64,000 nt of DNA from Harriotta raleighana (taxonomy: Eukaryota), in the NCBI GenBank assembly GCA_050575255.1, contig JBNZDD010013635.1:1132910-1196909 (forward strand), written 5' to 3'. Position numbers and translations under genes: made by a program. Of the stretch, positions 1 to 13,225 are shown one piece after another. Position 1 is the first letter of the stretch, and each line of letters begins with the position of its first letter. The notes below the pieces were generated by a model. It ran no database searches and was not told where the DNA came from. It saw only the letters and a program-made list of their open reading frames with translations.

Positions 1-67
1 GTTAGTATGACACACTTACGATTAATGATTTGTAACTCTTGTTACAAATATTCCAATGACCCAACAG

Positions 68-368
68 TCAACAACAACAACAACAAAATTACATTTATAG
101 AGCGCCTTTCACGTCGAGAGGACATTCCAACAATCGGGTCGGGACCCAAGCAGTGGGGGGAGGGTCAGAGTAGAGGGAAGGGGAAGGAGAGGAGGAGAGG
201 GGGAAGAGTTAGGAGGGGAGCCGAAGGCACGATCGAAGAGGAAACTCTTGAGACTGGACTTGAAGGAAGAAAGGGAGGAAGCGGGTGGGGGCAGAGAGGC
301 TGAAAGCCCGGCCATCAATGGTTGGATGGTTAGGGCGGGGACGCAGAGCAGGCCAGAGTCTGCCAGGC
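68..368 (-). mobile_element. L2-clade LINE, 3' fragment
   Basis: Minus-strand translation SLSSFKSSLKSFLFDRAF matches the typical L2 ORF2 C-terminus. It is followed by a pyrimidine-rich 3' UTR, the GACGTGAAAGGCGCTCTATAAATGTAA tail and (GTT)n. Confidence 0.85.
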
Positions 369-508
369 CTGTCAGCATCCAAAGGCTCAATTATCCCATT
401 GGATGTTTCCTAAGCATTATTGAAAGGGCAGAATATCTTGTCGGAAAATAGTATTTATTCAATTCTGGAGTGGTATGAGGTCCTTTCCTGTGTTAGCATA
501 TTCCTTAC

Positions 509-602
509 CTTGTGATACGTACATTTCAATCTGCCTTTTGTTTCTTCCATTTCTTTCTGGACAATGACAATGTCATTTGCTATTACAAATTTACCCACTT
601 CA
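509..602 (-). CDS. Candidate internal exon (94 nt) of an unidentified gene; could be non-coding or chance
   Basis: Acceptor ttttgtttgttgcag and donor AAG|gtaagg. Only one frame is open: EVGKFVIANDIVIVQKEMEETKGRLKCTYHK. Peptide not recognised. Confidence 0.3.
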
Positions 603-2373
603 CTGCAACAAACAAAATTTGGGTTTGACTTCCCTGCTTCAAATGTGTGTTGGGGGGGGTGGAAGCAGATTGAGTTAAAGTTATCGTTATTCCACACACC
701 TTCACCCCTGCCTGTACTCACTGCATGTCCTTGCCTCATGACAAATATGAACAATAAGTCAAGATGTGAAATATATCATGACAACCAGAAATAAATCATA
801 TCGACCAAGAGTGCCATCATTAAGAAAAATGAAGGAAATGAAATGAGTATTACACAAAGCCTTAGAATGGGCTTCGTGCCATTTTATAAGAGCAATGTCT
901 TCAGGAGTGAATGAGTCACCTAGCTGGCCGTTTCATTCTAATTTCCTTCAATGTTCAATGCAACACAGAGGACCTGTAATGCATTGAAAATTAATAACAA
1001 AACACAGAGCGGTGGGTCGCTCCAGTAGAAATGAGGTCAGCCGAGTTTAGTTCTTGGAATTAGTCGGGGATAGATCAATTTTTTGCATAAGGAATGGTAG
1101 GACATATTTTATGGTGCATTATTAATTTATTCAAATTAATTTGAACATCTTATTTACAATACTGCCTTCCTGACAAAAGAAAATCAGCACTGAATGCCAG
1201 GGGCTCATTTATCAAGAAGCGATTTGGCAGCAAAATGGAGTTTGTGTCATATTCTCAAACTGTTTATGAATCCAATTCCAAGGCAGTTTTGTTTATAGAA
1301 AAAAAATTGCCTTCATTAATATTCTCATGCTGTGGATCAATTTGTACCATTTATTGCTTTAATACCTTATACACTTCTTGATGGTTCCTTTAAGACTCCG
1401 TTTGTAAAATCTACCGAGCATTGTGAAATCAAGCTGCACAGAACAGGAATATTTCAGGATGAATCCCTGGCCTAAGATGTATTAGTTGATCTCAGCCCAG
1501 ACTTGCACTCAATACAGAATGCTTCCCTCTGTGATATTGAGCTGCTGATTTAGAGTAAATTCAAGTAAATCGAAAGGAAGTGCCAAAGGAGCTGTAATTA
1601 AAGAGAAAAAAAAGTCAATGGAGAATTCTGCAAAGGGGGAAAACAACAAAGGTCCACAATGTTCTCTGAATTGTATGATTCCCTTGTAGCCCCACATATC
1701 ATCCATTGTTCAATATACTTTCCTTGTTACCAAATCAGACTGACTCCTGCCAGATCCAGGCAAACAATTGATCGTTGGTGACGGGGATAGATTGCTTTCA
1801 TGAAACCAACTGCCATGGTAATCAGGAATATGCAAATACATTTCATATTACACTAAGTGCTCACAAGTGACCCGCCAGAACAAACATTTTAATTTTATTA
1901 CAACAAATTCTAATAAGTGTAATGGAAATCCCAATTAACCTTTCCAACTGAACTGAGATATTCTCTTCTCTTCAGATCTGCGAAAAATGAAATTGACTTG
2001 AAAACATACATTTACGAATACGTGGATGAAAACTCATGCCGCACTATTCATAAACTTTGCGGAGACTGTTCAAATTACTTTTGCTGGCCTGCCCTGCTCG
2101 TTTCAACAAAACACCATCTGTGTCTTACTCCCCATAAATCTGCATAAATCTGCATTCTGACAGAACTGTGCCAAAGAGACCACACCCACATGTTGTGTCT
2201 GCCAAGACAGCTTTTGAAGGAAGCTATAAAACTCTGCAGATCAAACATTCCCAATGAATTGAAAATGGAAGATTTAAGGATTCGAAAGTTGACTTTGATA
2301 TTAAAATCCATATAGATCTCATATATTATAAGTCCCAGGACATTTGTAGGACTATAGCTTGTCCAGTACTCAC

Positions 2374-2414
2374 TCTGGTCAGCGCCCTGCAGAACAGAAC
2401 ACATGCACTGCTTT
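2374..2414 (-). other. Candidate small exon (41 nt; alternative 13-nt form 2374-2386)
   Basis: Branch-like tcataac, pyrimidine tract tcttcccttttgttgtgctttgtatctag, second acceptor ttctgttctgcag, donor AGA|gtgagt. Confidence 0.2.
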
Positions 2415-2750
2415 CTAGATACAAAGCACAACAAAAGGGAAGAGTTATGATTGGACAGTGTTTATGGCCTCCTGGTGGCAGGAGGACGAAGACAGACCCA
2501 CTAACTGATTGTTCAGTAGTAAAGGTGTAAACCCCAACTGGACAATAGAAATAGGATGTAAAAGCAAGTTCAATTTATGGTGGGGGGATTCAGCTAATCA
2601 CCCAAAATTATTCAATGAAGATTAAAACAAATATCAATATTTAGCAGTTTTTGCTCCTGTTCAAATGTGTCAAAGCATTTTGTTGAAATCTATTGGGGTT
2701 CCACAGGTACATGCTAGTTGCTAAACATTGTGATAGAGCAAATGTATATA

Positions 2751-2818
2751 TTCAAAGAGCCGGCATAGACTAGATGGGCCGAATGGTCTCCTTTTGTGCT
2801 GTAAAATTCTATGGTTCA
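2751..2818 (+). mobile_element. CR1 LINE 3' end
   Basis: GATGGGCCGAATGGTCTCCTTTTGTGCTGTAAAATTCTATG is a CR1-type 3' terminus with an ATTCTATG repeat. Confidence 0.75.
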
Positions 2819-3090
2819 CAGAAATTAAATCTGCCTGATTATATATGGTGGCTTCTGTGGGAGTTTGGCTCAGATACCAGTGATACAAACTCAATTTAAT
2901 TCTTCTTGTTTTCAAGCAGGATCTAAGGGGAGACTATGGACTTTCAATGTGTTGGGCAATAGATTGCTTTACGCCCACAATCCTCACTCAGTGGTCAGTG
3001 GTCTCACCAATGTTGCGTTAACTTGGCTGCGCATAAAACAGACATGTCAACAGGGATTAAGGGAAAAAAAATACAAGTAGAATCACTTCT

Positions 3091-3231
3091 CATAGAATCA
3101 TAGAATTATACAGCACAGAAGGAGGCCATTTAGTCCATCATGTCTATGCCGGCTGTTTGAAAAGAGCAATGCAAATCAATCCCACTCCCCCACTCTCTCC
3201 CCAAAGTCCTGCAAACTTTTCCTCCCCAACT
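3091..3231 (-). mobile_element. CR1 LINE 3' end
   Basis: CATAGAATCATAGAAT terminal repeat plus AGGAGGCCATT motif; homologous to 35858-35998 and 45585-45724. Confidence 0.85.
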
Positions 3232-3514
3232 TCCAAGATATTCTGGCTCAGCTAGGAATGCAATGGTTCAGGCAGATCACCTGGCTGCCCTCTTGGATGC
3301 GAATGATCTCCAGCATGAGGCCATGTTCAAAATGTTCACCAGACTTATTGCAGGGAGCCTAATGGCAGGTCTCACTTTGGTGAGCACATGCATTCAGCAA
3401 ATGAGTGAGAAAAAAAACACATAAAACAATTTTCTTGCATGATGTCATTAGGTTTTGAAATCAACACCTTTCAGTTTAGAATAATGTCTCACATATCATC
3501 AGATGCCATTTGAG

Positions 3515-3541
3515 GAAGTGTTCGGTGAAGTGTTCGGTGAA
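3515..3541. repeat. 12-bp tandem duplication
   Basis: GAAGTGTTCGGT x2 followed by GAA. Confidence 0.8.
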
Positions 3542-4282
3542 TCGAAAGGCAATATTTTAGTGAATGCTGCTCGCCTTTCCAGCTGCTTAATGTATGTATA
3601 TATGTAGGTTTGCAATATGTTATTTTAATCATTGATTTCAGTTTTAAAAAGGCTTTGCATACATAAATAATAATCGCTTGGGGTTTCTTAATTACACATC
3701 TAATTAAGTATTTATATAATTACGAAACCTCAAGCATGTATTATTAATGTGTAAACAAAGCCTTTCCAAAAAAAAATGGAAATCAATAACAAGAAGTGCA
3801 TGACTGTGGATGCAGTCTAATAATTTAGTTCTTGATCAGTAGTTTCTTGGCTTCAGTGGGAATCTTGGTGCTGCTATGAAGGGATCTTATAAGCAGCTTG
3901 GTCAGGAGGTGCAGTGTCACAAATGATAGTTACTACGCATTAGCTGAAGGCTCAAAACTATAAAAAATGTAAGTGCATATTCAATTTCAATTGAAAACAT
4001 TTTTAGCTCCTTTTTTCCTCTCCTCCTTTATGGTCTCTAGTCTGTAACTGACCCTCCAACACCCTCCAATTTGCCAGCATTGAAAATACACAATGGCTTC
4101 ACAGTAAGTACTGTATTGTGAATTAAATCAATCAGTAAGTATTGTGAAGCACCTTGAGACTTTCTCCCAACCAAAGTGAAAGGTCGTATATCAAGTGCAA
4201 GCATTACAGTTATATACTAGTATATAAGTACTGTATAATAGATTTATTGTATACTGAGTGTTACGGAACATTATTATTACAT

Positions 4283-4578
4283 GGAGTCCTGCAGCTCGGT
4301 GGTTAGAGCACTTGCCTCATAAATGAGAGACCTGGGATCAATTCTTGGCAGGGCGAAACCTTGTGCACATTTCCTTACTCCGCACACCTAATAATAATCC
4401 CTCAAGAAAAAAATAATATTTTGGTCAATTCAAACCATGACTGTTTGTGGGACACTGCTGTGTACAATTGGTTGCCACGTTTCACCCACAAAAAAAGTCA
4501 ATTGCACCATAATCTGTGAAACGATTTGAGACGTCTAGAAGATGTGAAAACCACTATAATGAAAATGCAAGGATTACT
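4283..4578 (+). mobile_element. tRNA-derived Deu-domain SINE, full length
   Basis: tRNA-like head with degenerate A/B boxes, TGTGGGACACTGCTGTG core, AATGCAAGGATTA tail. Confidence 0.9.
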
Positions 4579-5806
4579 CTGCAAAGCATAGGCACTGATA
4601 AGCAAGTCAACACATCACCCAGGAGGTTAAGGACAAAAAATGTCTGTGATTTGATTAAATAATTCTCCCTGACATAGCCTAATACCAATATGGTCAGCAC
4701 ACTGATTTTTTGCATTACAAGCTTTCTCTGGAGTTTGAAGAATGAGGAAAGGGATTCACAACAAGAACTCGATTAAGGGTGTTTGAATTACACTCCCAAG
4801 TGTCCAATCTGGAATAAACATTAGCTCACCGAAATGGTATAAATGTAACAGTTCTGAACTCAAAGTAATTGAAGCGGCTGATTTTGATTTATATCCTTCC
4901 ACCATTTCTACCAGCCACCAAACTCTATGTCACTCTAGAACTGGCCTGTATACAAGAGATTACGAGCAACCATTGACAGATTGGAGTATTTGTTTGTTTC
5001 ATTCTCATGTTTAAATGGAAATGCTTTAAACATACATCGGCCTTATACATTTCTCATTTTATTTAACCTCCTTTACTTTAAAGTGCGTCACCATTTTCCC
5101 TTTGCCTGTGTTTTGTCTGGCAATCAAGTCATTTTGGAGGCAAATTAGCAGGATTTGTCCTGGGATAAAAAGGCTAGTGAAGTAAAAGAAACAAGGAAAA
5201 CAAGGAAGCATAAAAGCTTTTGATTTTAAAACTACAGTGACATTGAACACTTATTATTGAATTATTTCAGCTTTCTGTAAAACAATATGATAGTCCATTA
5301 AGCTTTAAACAAGAGAAGCCTGCCAGATCCATGTTACTTTATCTACAAAATGAAATGTGACACCATATTCTATATTGGATCTCATTCCCAGCACTTAACG
5401 ATAAAATGAATCAGCGAATGATCTAGTCGGAGCAAGTCAGACGGTAGAATTAGACCGTTCAACAGAGGTCAAATGTCAAACTTTTTTTGCTATGAATTTC
5501 ACATGATCAGATCCTGTGCCAAACATTGAACTCTTGCAACATATTTAGTTAAAAACGAAATTCTACAAACTTCATGGGCTTTATCTAACCAAAAATGCAA
5601 TGTGGCTAACGTGGGCAAGAATATACTGTACAGTAGCTGCCTCTTCATGTAGACTAATTAAACCATTCACAATAATTCACCAGCAGGAAAAACAATGCCT
5701 ATTGAACTAAAGCTGATCTAATTATTTCAGGAAATGCTTTGCAGTGAATTTGGATGACCAATTGACAGCCTGCAGCAGCAGCACTTCCCTCATTTTGGCC
5801 CAACAT

Positions 5807-5876
5807 TTTGCCCTGCTGGGTGTAGAGCCCAGGTCGCTTGTGAGGCGAGTGCCCTAACCACTGAGCTACACGACTC
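5807..5876 (-). mobile_element. SINE head fragment (same family)
   Basis: Reverse complement TGTAGCTCAGTGGTTAGGGCACTCGCC. Confidence 0.75.
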
Positions 5877-8023
5877 TAGAGATCTTTTAAATCTCTGAAT
5901 AAAAGATATGATGGATGATTTTCAACATTTTCCCCTTTTACAGGCGCTTTTAATTAGTGCAGCGATTTCAAAAGGGGAAGAGGTAATTAAGGATATGCAA
6001 GGCGATCAAATGAAAAGTCATCTTTGGTTGAGTTTGAATCCTTTTGAAACATCAGCATTAACGTTAAATCTAATCACTAATTGCTATCACTAGAGAAGAA
6101 TATCGTATGGACATGCAGCTTGTGTGCACAGAGATGCTGCTTTCCATAGACATGACTATCTACCAATTATTATAAAAGACATCTGATAATCCTTATTTAA
6201 GTGTGAATAAGATTTCTTTGTTAAAAAAAAATCTGGATTCATCATGTTCACTGCATCATAAAGATTTTGATTTCATTAAATGTTTAGGAAAACTGTACAG
6301 CAAAAGGCAGAGCTCACCCAAGAGACAAAGGAAAATATTGCCAGCAACATAAATGGAATACACCCCCAGCTTCCCTTCATGATCAATCATATTATTTTAA
6401 TTGTGGCAGCTGAAAGTCACTGCTTTTCATTTATATGTTGTGTTTATTCACAAACTTTTGTCTAAATCTCTCAAATCAATTAAATGGGAAATTCAGAGTA
6501 ATAACCCGAATTAATGGTTTGAAAAATTTCCACTAAAGCACCTTCTTGTGTCTCCTGATGTGCTATTCAGTTGAAATGACATGAAAAAGAGCAATAAAAC
6601 CCAAATGTGCATGAAAATGTTGTGTGCAAAAGTGATAATGGGCAGAAAGGGACAATCAAAGTCAGGTTATTAGACATGAATTGGCTGAAAATTAATTGGT
6701 GTTTTAAAAATAATGTATCAAACAAAATGCAAGAAAGCAATAACCAAGTCAATGGCAATAAGTGATCCATCACAGTGATGATCTTAAACCTTGTGTGTTC
6801 AGGTAGAGAGGAAAGCCTTTGGTTTGTTCTACACCGTTCAGTCATTTTGGGATGAAAGGGCAAGAGAAGACAGCTCACTAGTCACAAAACACACTATGAA
6901 AGATTATAATCACCGGCACTCTGCAGTAATTTTCAATGTCTGCTCCTGATCATTCCCATTGTAAATTGGGTAAATTGCATTCACACAATAGTGCAGGAAG
7001 AAGACACATGGGAAGAGCTCAGCGAGTGTGGAAACAGTGTTCATTTGTCATGCATAATGACGATAATGAATTTAAGCATGTTCATTTATCTCAGTCCACA
7101 ATCTCAAAGAAAGTACATTTAGCTGGAAGATTGATGTGGGGAGGTGTTTACTGTAATTTTTATATTGCATAAGCAACAACAACATGCAATTTTATTGCGC
7201 TGTTTCACACAGGATTCCTTCTTGGAGCACTGCACAGGGACAAAACTGCTTCAGAATGTGCTATAGTGAAGGGAGCTGATCTACCTCAATTAGAGGTGGA
7301 GTAACAAGTGGGTTACATTGGAAAGCACTATCATGAAGGGACCAATTTATCCTCATTAGAGGGGGTGTGGGAAATACACAAAATCATCAATTTGGGACTA
7401 ATACTCACGAATGATATAGGTGAGAGATGTCTAAATACAAGCAATGTGGCTCTTGAGAGCACACACTGCAGTGTTTGATACTGTAGTGCTCTAATAATCC
7501 TTGAATTTGATACTGCAATATTATATATTTAGTGATCGCACAATGTAGGAAAGCAACAGTAGCAATAAGCATCATGAAGATGCTTGTATTACCTCATTGG
7601 GTTCGGGTGTACATGTATTAAATGTGATATCTAATAGAGACAAACTGTCTGAAAAGACCCTTCTCTTCCTTCCCCCTCTCCCCAAAACACGCACTCTCCA
7701 ATCTTTGAAGTGTCAGGGAGTCAGATTAGTCATTTTCCACTTAAACATATCTTGTTTCAAGCTTATTAAAGGAGCACTTGTATGGGGAGAATTTTATTTG
7801 TTCTGCTGAAAAACATTTCCAAGACTTTTTGTAACTTGATAGGTGGCATTCTCAAAAAGAATGAAAAAAGCACAGACGCCTTTATCATTGACAAATACAT
7901 GATAAATATAAAAACATCAATGTATCAATGCTTCCCAAATGCACTAATTTTGTGGTTACCAGTTCTATATATCATATTGTTATGTTTGGGTCAATGGAAT
8001 TTGCACGAATGTTTGCGTGAATA

Positions 8024-8455
8024 CAGTAAAACCTTTGTTATCCAGCAATCTCGGGACCTGACTGGTGCCAATTGATTGAATATGCCGGATATTCGAGTGG
8101 CAAGTTGCTGAAAATCCAACAACAAAAAATTAACTTAGTTTAAAGCATACCATATTAATAATAGACTAAATAAAAGCAGAATATTGTAGGGATACTTACC
8201 AATAAAGCATTCCAGCACACTCGGTAAAATGATCGGTAAAAAAGCATTCCAGAGTTTGTTAAGTTTAATGAGTGCGAATGCTCCACGCATTGCACGCATG
8301 CTCCACGCATTGCACGCATGCTCAAATTGAGCATACCGCGAGTGTCCCGGATGGCTACAGTATGAAATCTGGTTTCTGGAATGGTGAATTATAGTGGGAG
8401 ACACCGGTTGGTTGAGTATGCCATTTGGTTGCGTACAGATAAACAAGGTTTAGTG
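8024..8455. mobile_element. Non-autonomous pogo/Tigger-type DNA transposon (MITE)
   Basis: TA|CAGTAAAACCTTTGTTATCC left end and a degenerate right end AGATAAACAAGGTTTAGTG. Interior is homologous, in reverse orientation, to 43086-43432 and carries a 20-bp tandem duplication. Confidence 0.8.
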
Positions 8456-8466
8456 AAAAATCTTAT

Positions 8467-8775
8467 GGAGTCCTGTAGTTCAGTCGTTAGAGCACTCACC
8501 TTGCAAGCAAAAGACCCGGCTTCGATTCTAGGTAGGGTGACACCTTGCGCAAATTTCCTTACTCCACAAACTTGATAATAATCCCTCCAAAAAAAAATTG
8601 GTCACTTCAATCCACAACTATTTGTGGGACACTGCAGTGCGCAATAGGCTACTGCACTTTGCCCTCAAATATAGTTAATTCACTTTACAGTATATTCTGT
8701 GAAGCGCTTTGAGACGTCTAGAAGAAATGAAAAGCACTACATCAAAATACAAGGTTTACAATTATTATTATTACT
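8467..8775 (+). mobile_element. tRNA-derived Deu-domain SINE, full length
   Basis: Head GGAGTCCTGTAGTTCAGTCGTTAGAGCA, Deu core, GTGAAGCGCTTTGAGACGTC, (ATT)n tail. Confidence 0.9.
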
Positions 8776-10900
8776 AAACAATCGCAACATGTGTGAGTCA
8801 AATCGTTACTTGTGAGGCGTGTTGAGACATGAGAAGGCACAATAAAATTACAAATTATTTCTTTCTGGTAAGTTGCAATCAGTAAGTAGTCCATACTTCA
8901 GTGTTCTGTCTCAGTGCAGTTACCATTAGAATTACTGTATCTAACACCTATGCATCTCTTGAGATTTCCCACTGAGAAAGCAGCTGCTACTTGACAAGAG
9001 GGTTGAAAATATAACACTGGCTCAGTTTCAACTTCCTTTGAAATATGGTGCTCTATCATTACCTGTAACGATCATGCATCACAATGCATACAATTTAGTG
9101 TTGTGAATGGCTTGCAACACAGTAGGTAAGTATAACAGGATAAAATTATGAGATGGTTGTCACTTCATCTCAGTGAGAATTTTATATATCAAGAATACAC
9201 TGTTAGTTTGAAGCCTGTTGATATTTTGGATAGGACTGTGGGGGCAAATTTTCTTTTATTAGTTAACATACAATTCTGTCTGAAAAATGAACTGTTGAAA
9301 ACTTAATGTTAGCTTCCTCCTGTCTAAATACAGCATGTTGATAAGTTTTTCAGCTGTTCTCAATCACAACCTAATTTCTCACCTCCTGTTACCCTTTCCA
9401 GCAATGTAACAATGCAAGCTAAATCTGTGAAAATATATCAGTTAAAGTATATAAACTCGACATAGTATGCTTGTTTTTTTTCAGACATTCTCCCCTTCAA
9501 AGGTTCCTCCAATCAGAAGAATTCAGATGCAGAACTCTCTCAAAGTTTCTCTACATTAGTAGTAACTGCAAGAGACAGGAGCTGTTTTCTGTTGAGGCGT
9601 GTAACAATAAACTTGCTAGTGTGAGTTTGTTTACAGCTGTATAATTTCATCATCTAACTGTTTATTATTGAAAAATCATGACAAAATCTCACTTCCTTAT
9701 AATCATTTGCAAACACAGTCAAAAGGTTCTTGGTGAATGTCACAGAGACATTTTCCTATCGGACTATAATCAATGCAAGGATTATTATTATTATTGTGGT
9801 ATTATTGTCTAGAGGGATTGTCATGTTATAATCAGGTAGGATATTCAGCAGTTTTCCCTGAGGTCATATTTTACATATGCATTTAAATTACACAAAAACA
9901 TCATGGGATATCAAAGCTGCCATTTTTGCCCATAAATATTTAATTCAGTATGTAGGCAAAAAAGGTTAGTTTTTTGGAGATAAGAAAATGCTATTGCAGT
10001 ATCTTTTTCTCTGCAGATATTTATAATGGACACTAGTAATTGTTCTGTTTAATCCATGTGGACAAAATTCAGTGCAGTGCTAAATTAATAGAAATATTGT
10101 ATTAAAGAATGGAATCGAGTTTTGACTATGGTAATGGTCCAATTTTTTTGCATTAGTTTACATGCTTTGCAATCTTTGCTATTATAAAATTGCAGGCAAT
10201 GCACTCACGTCAAAATTGAAGCAGGAGCCTTTAAAACATCATTAGCTGAGCAACGGGGAATGGTCTATTAAGATACCATCAGCTGAACACCCATGTAGAC
10301 CTCATTATCCATCACAAGAAAAACTGGAGTTCATTCAGAAGACACCGCAATAATAATCTTACGTTTTACATCAGGAATAATTGCGCAAATTACGATGTGT
10401 GCATCATTTCCTTGCCATTTCCTTGTGTACCCCTCAAATTACCTCTCTCCCTGGTTGTTGTGTCTTTAACCTGCAACAGGAATGGCTCAATTCATGCAAC
10501 ATCTGGAGTAATCTCAGTATTGCTAAAGAAATACACTCCAAATGATATCACTCTGGGAATATGGAAAATGATACAGTACAATATAATAATGAGCTGTGGG
10601 ATGTGGGCTGTTTACTGTGGTCGGAAGAAGTATTAATAGATGTTCTGGTGAAAACTGCTTAGTTATTCACTTCAGTTGCAGAATGTTCTGATTAATAATA
10701 ATGCAAAGTTTTCATGACCCCTGCATGCAATTAGGAGCTCAAGAGCAATTTTAGGATACTCGTGTTTGTACACATGACTGTGAAATGCTTGATCAAAATG
10801 TGCTGCTTAATGGCAGTGCACGTGACTAAGTGCTGGAAATCCTCTTTTTGCAAACTGCATGAGTTAATGTCATCCCCCCAGGGGTAAGGTAGCAGATTCG

Positions 10901-10959
10901 CAATGAAAGCGCTTAAACGGCCTGAGACTGCCATTAAAGCACTCAAACGGCCTGAGACT
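10901..10959. repeat. 30-bp diverged tandem duplication
   Basis: Both units share AAAGC-AAACGGCCTGAGACT at a 30-bp period. Confidence 0.75.
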
Positions 10960-11019
10960 CACCAGTAACGTTTCCCCTCCATACATACCCTGCAGTGAGA
11001 TCTCATTTCCAAATGTGAG

Positions 11020-11095
11020 TCCAACATTGAAGCTCCCATTCTACTATTTGAAAACAAGAGGGAGTTTCTCCTAGTGTACCAGCCACCAATCCTCC
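11020..11095 (+). mobile_element. Very old Deu-domain SINE remnant
   Basis: CCCATTCTACTATTTGAAAACAAGAGGGAGTTTCTCCTAGTGT resembles the central Deu domain as recalled from AmnSINE1/SacSINE1. Confidence 0.4.
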
Positions 11096-13084
11096 ATATG
11101 CCTGCCCTGGGACATTTACTGACATTCATTAGGATATATAGGGAGATGAAACACCCTGGTAAATTTCTATTACTTTTCCACAAATCTCATATCTGTGGTC
11201 TACTGCTTGTGATTCAAAGAAGTGAATTGGACTATTTGTTTTGCCTCCAGCAAATCATCTGGTAAATCTCTCTGCTGAAGTGGAAACATTTTCTAATTGT
11301 TCAGATCAGTTTGATTTGGGTGGAAATTTCAAGCTTTCCTTAACTGATTGATGGCTGAGATTTTCCACTGCTGCCAACAGTCCTTGTGGTGGAAAAAATT
11401 ACAATCAATTTTTTTCTTTGCAGGTCTTTTTGAAGGGATGGTTAAGAGAGTGAGACTTTCTATTGCAAAAAAAACATTTGTTGCCCTCCAAATTGTAGAA
11501 TGTAACCTTTTGTTGAGTTACACTCATCTCTTTGGGATCCCCAAAGCTCATGAACTTGGCAGGTGTTTGATCATTTCAAAACCCAAATCCTACAGATCCT
11601 TCCATGTCAGTAGGACGTCCAAAGGTGCTGGACTATTTCATCTGAGCTGGGGGTTTAGTCAAACTTGTAAATCATTAATGATGTTTAAAATGTGAGTAAA
11701 TTAGCATACACTTGAAATGTTTCCACTGTTTGGAGGTATTTTCTTTATCTTTAATTATTCCTGGCTTCCAGAAATATTCAGCGATATGAGAAAGATGTAT
11801 AAAGAAAGATGTATTTTGTTTTGGGACAGGAAGAAATCTTACCTTCCTACTGTTTAATATTTTAATCCAGTATTCATTACAATAATAAACATTTTCACGT
11901 ATACACAAAAACCACAATGGAAGCTGGAACAATAAATGTGCTAAACAGTCTCTTGAAGGAAATAAGTCAGTTTTCCTTCCCATCAATTTCTTCCCTCCCC
12001 CATCATCTGACTTTCAGTTTCCTGCATTTCCAATTCTATTTGATACACTCTGATAGGTCCTTATTCTTCTCACTTTACTTTTCCCTTCACTGATTCATAT
12101 TTCAGGCACTTAATCCTATTCCATTCTATTGTTTTACACTACCTCCCAAGAGTTACCCACATGAACAGAATAAAATATCCAGCTTATATTGACAGTGCGA
12201 AGCTATAGCAAACCTAATGTCTGGTAAAATTTGACCTCCAATTGTCAACCTGCTTAAAGTCTGAACTTCAAATTGGTTACCACATAAAATAAATACATCC
12301 GTTCCATCAATAATCTTTTTGCATGGCTCCCAAAGACAGTGCATCCTTTCACTATCTTATATCCCAATCCTTTTCTAGACGACTGGCAGCCTGAAGGTTT
12401 TGAAAGCCTGCTATTATTATACACAGACTGTGCTTTAACATTGAAATGAGGCTGCCTTATCTCAAAATTCAGAAACAGAATAGATTGAAATGACTTCATT
12501 AAAGATTTGGAGGGAAGGTTCAGATTCTTTTGCAAATGGCCATTAGAACGATGTGGAAATGTGCTGAATTTTAGATCCATACCATCACAGCTGCCTGAGC
12601 CCACGGGGAGACATTTGTACTCTCACAATTCAAAGGGTTCTAAAATGCTTTATACCTCCCAAATAAATTTATAGTTAAATAATCGTCTGAATCACACAGA
12701 ACTACAAAAAGTAACAATTCAACTTTCCATAATTCATCGAAATGGTAAACCACTTTTGCCTCACAGGGAGTCATTTTAAACAGTCGAGGTTTTTTCTTTT
12801 AAGATCAGAAAATTTTAACTTAAAACAATTGTTTATTCTTAGAGATAAATTAACCAGATTGTCTCAGTCCAGAAAACATCAGGAGAAGTCTTTGAAGTAC
12901 TCACTCTTACGAGAAGCATCTGATATAGAATAATGTGGGGGAGAACAATTTGCTAAATATCTTCAGTGACTGAGTTCTTGACTTTAATCACAATACTGAT
13001 TACACACATTACTAGTCACTCACTCACTTGTCTCAACTAAATGAGTTTTGCCAACTCTTGGGAACCCAGAGCGGAGAGGAGAAG

Positions 13085-13225
13085 AATGAGCCTTGTTATC
13101 CTCTTTAGGGTGAAAAGAGAGAAATCAACTAAGCTTCCCAATCCTGATTGTAGCTTGTGCCCTCTATTGTGAAACATTTATGTGGAGTCATTGCATGAGG
13201 ATAGAAATTGGACTAGACTGTGATA
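13085..13225 (+). mobile_element. Old SINE-like interspersed repeat fragment
   Basis: Weak similarity to 45335-45540 and about 48730-48820; family not assigned. Confidence 0.3.

Noticed and set aside
1976-2147. Plus-strand acceptor followed by about 56 open codons (SAKNEIDLKTYIYEY...)
   Set aside because: No donor, no upstream partner exon and no recognisable homology; consistent with chance.
10963-11040. Minus-strand exon candidate ending CTG|gtgagt
   Set aside because: The acceptor lies in an old SINE remnant, the donor lies at a tandem duplication, and the peptide is not recognisable.
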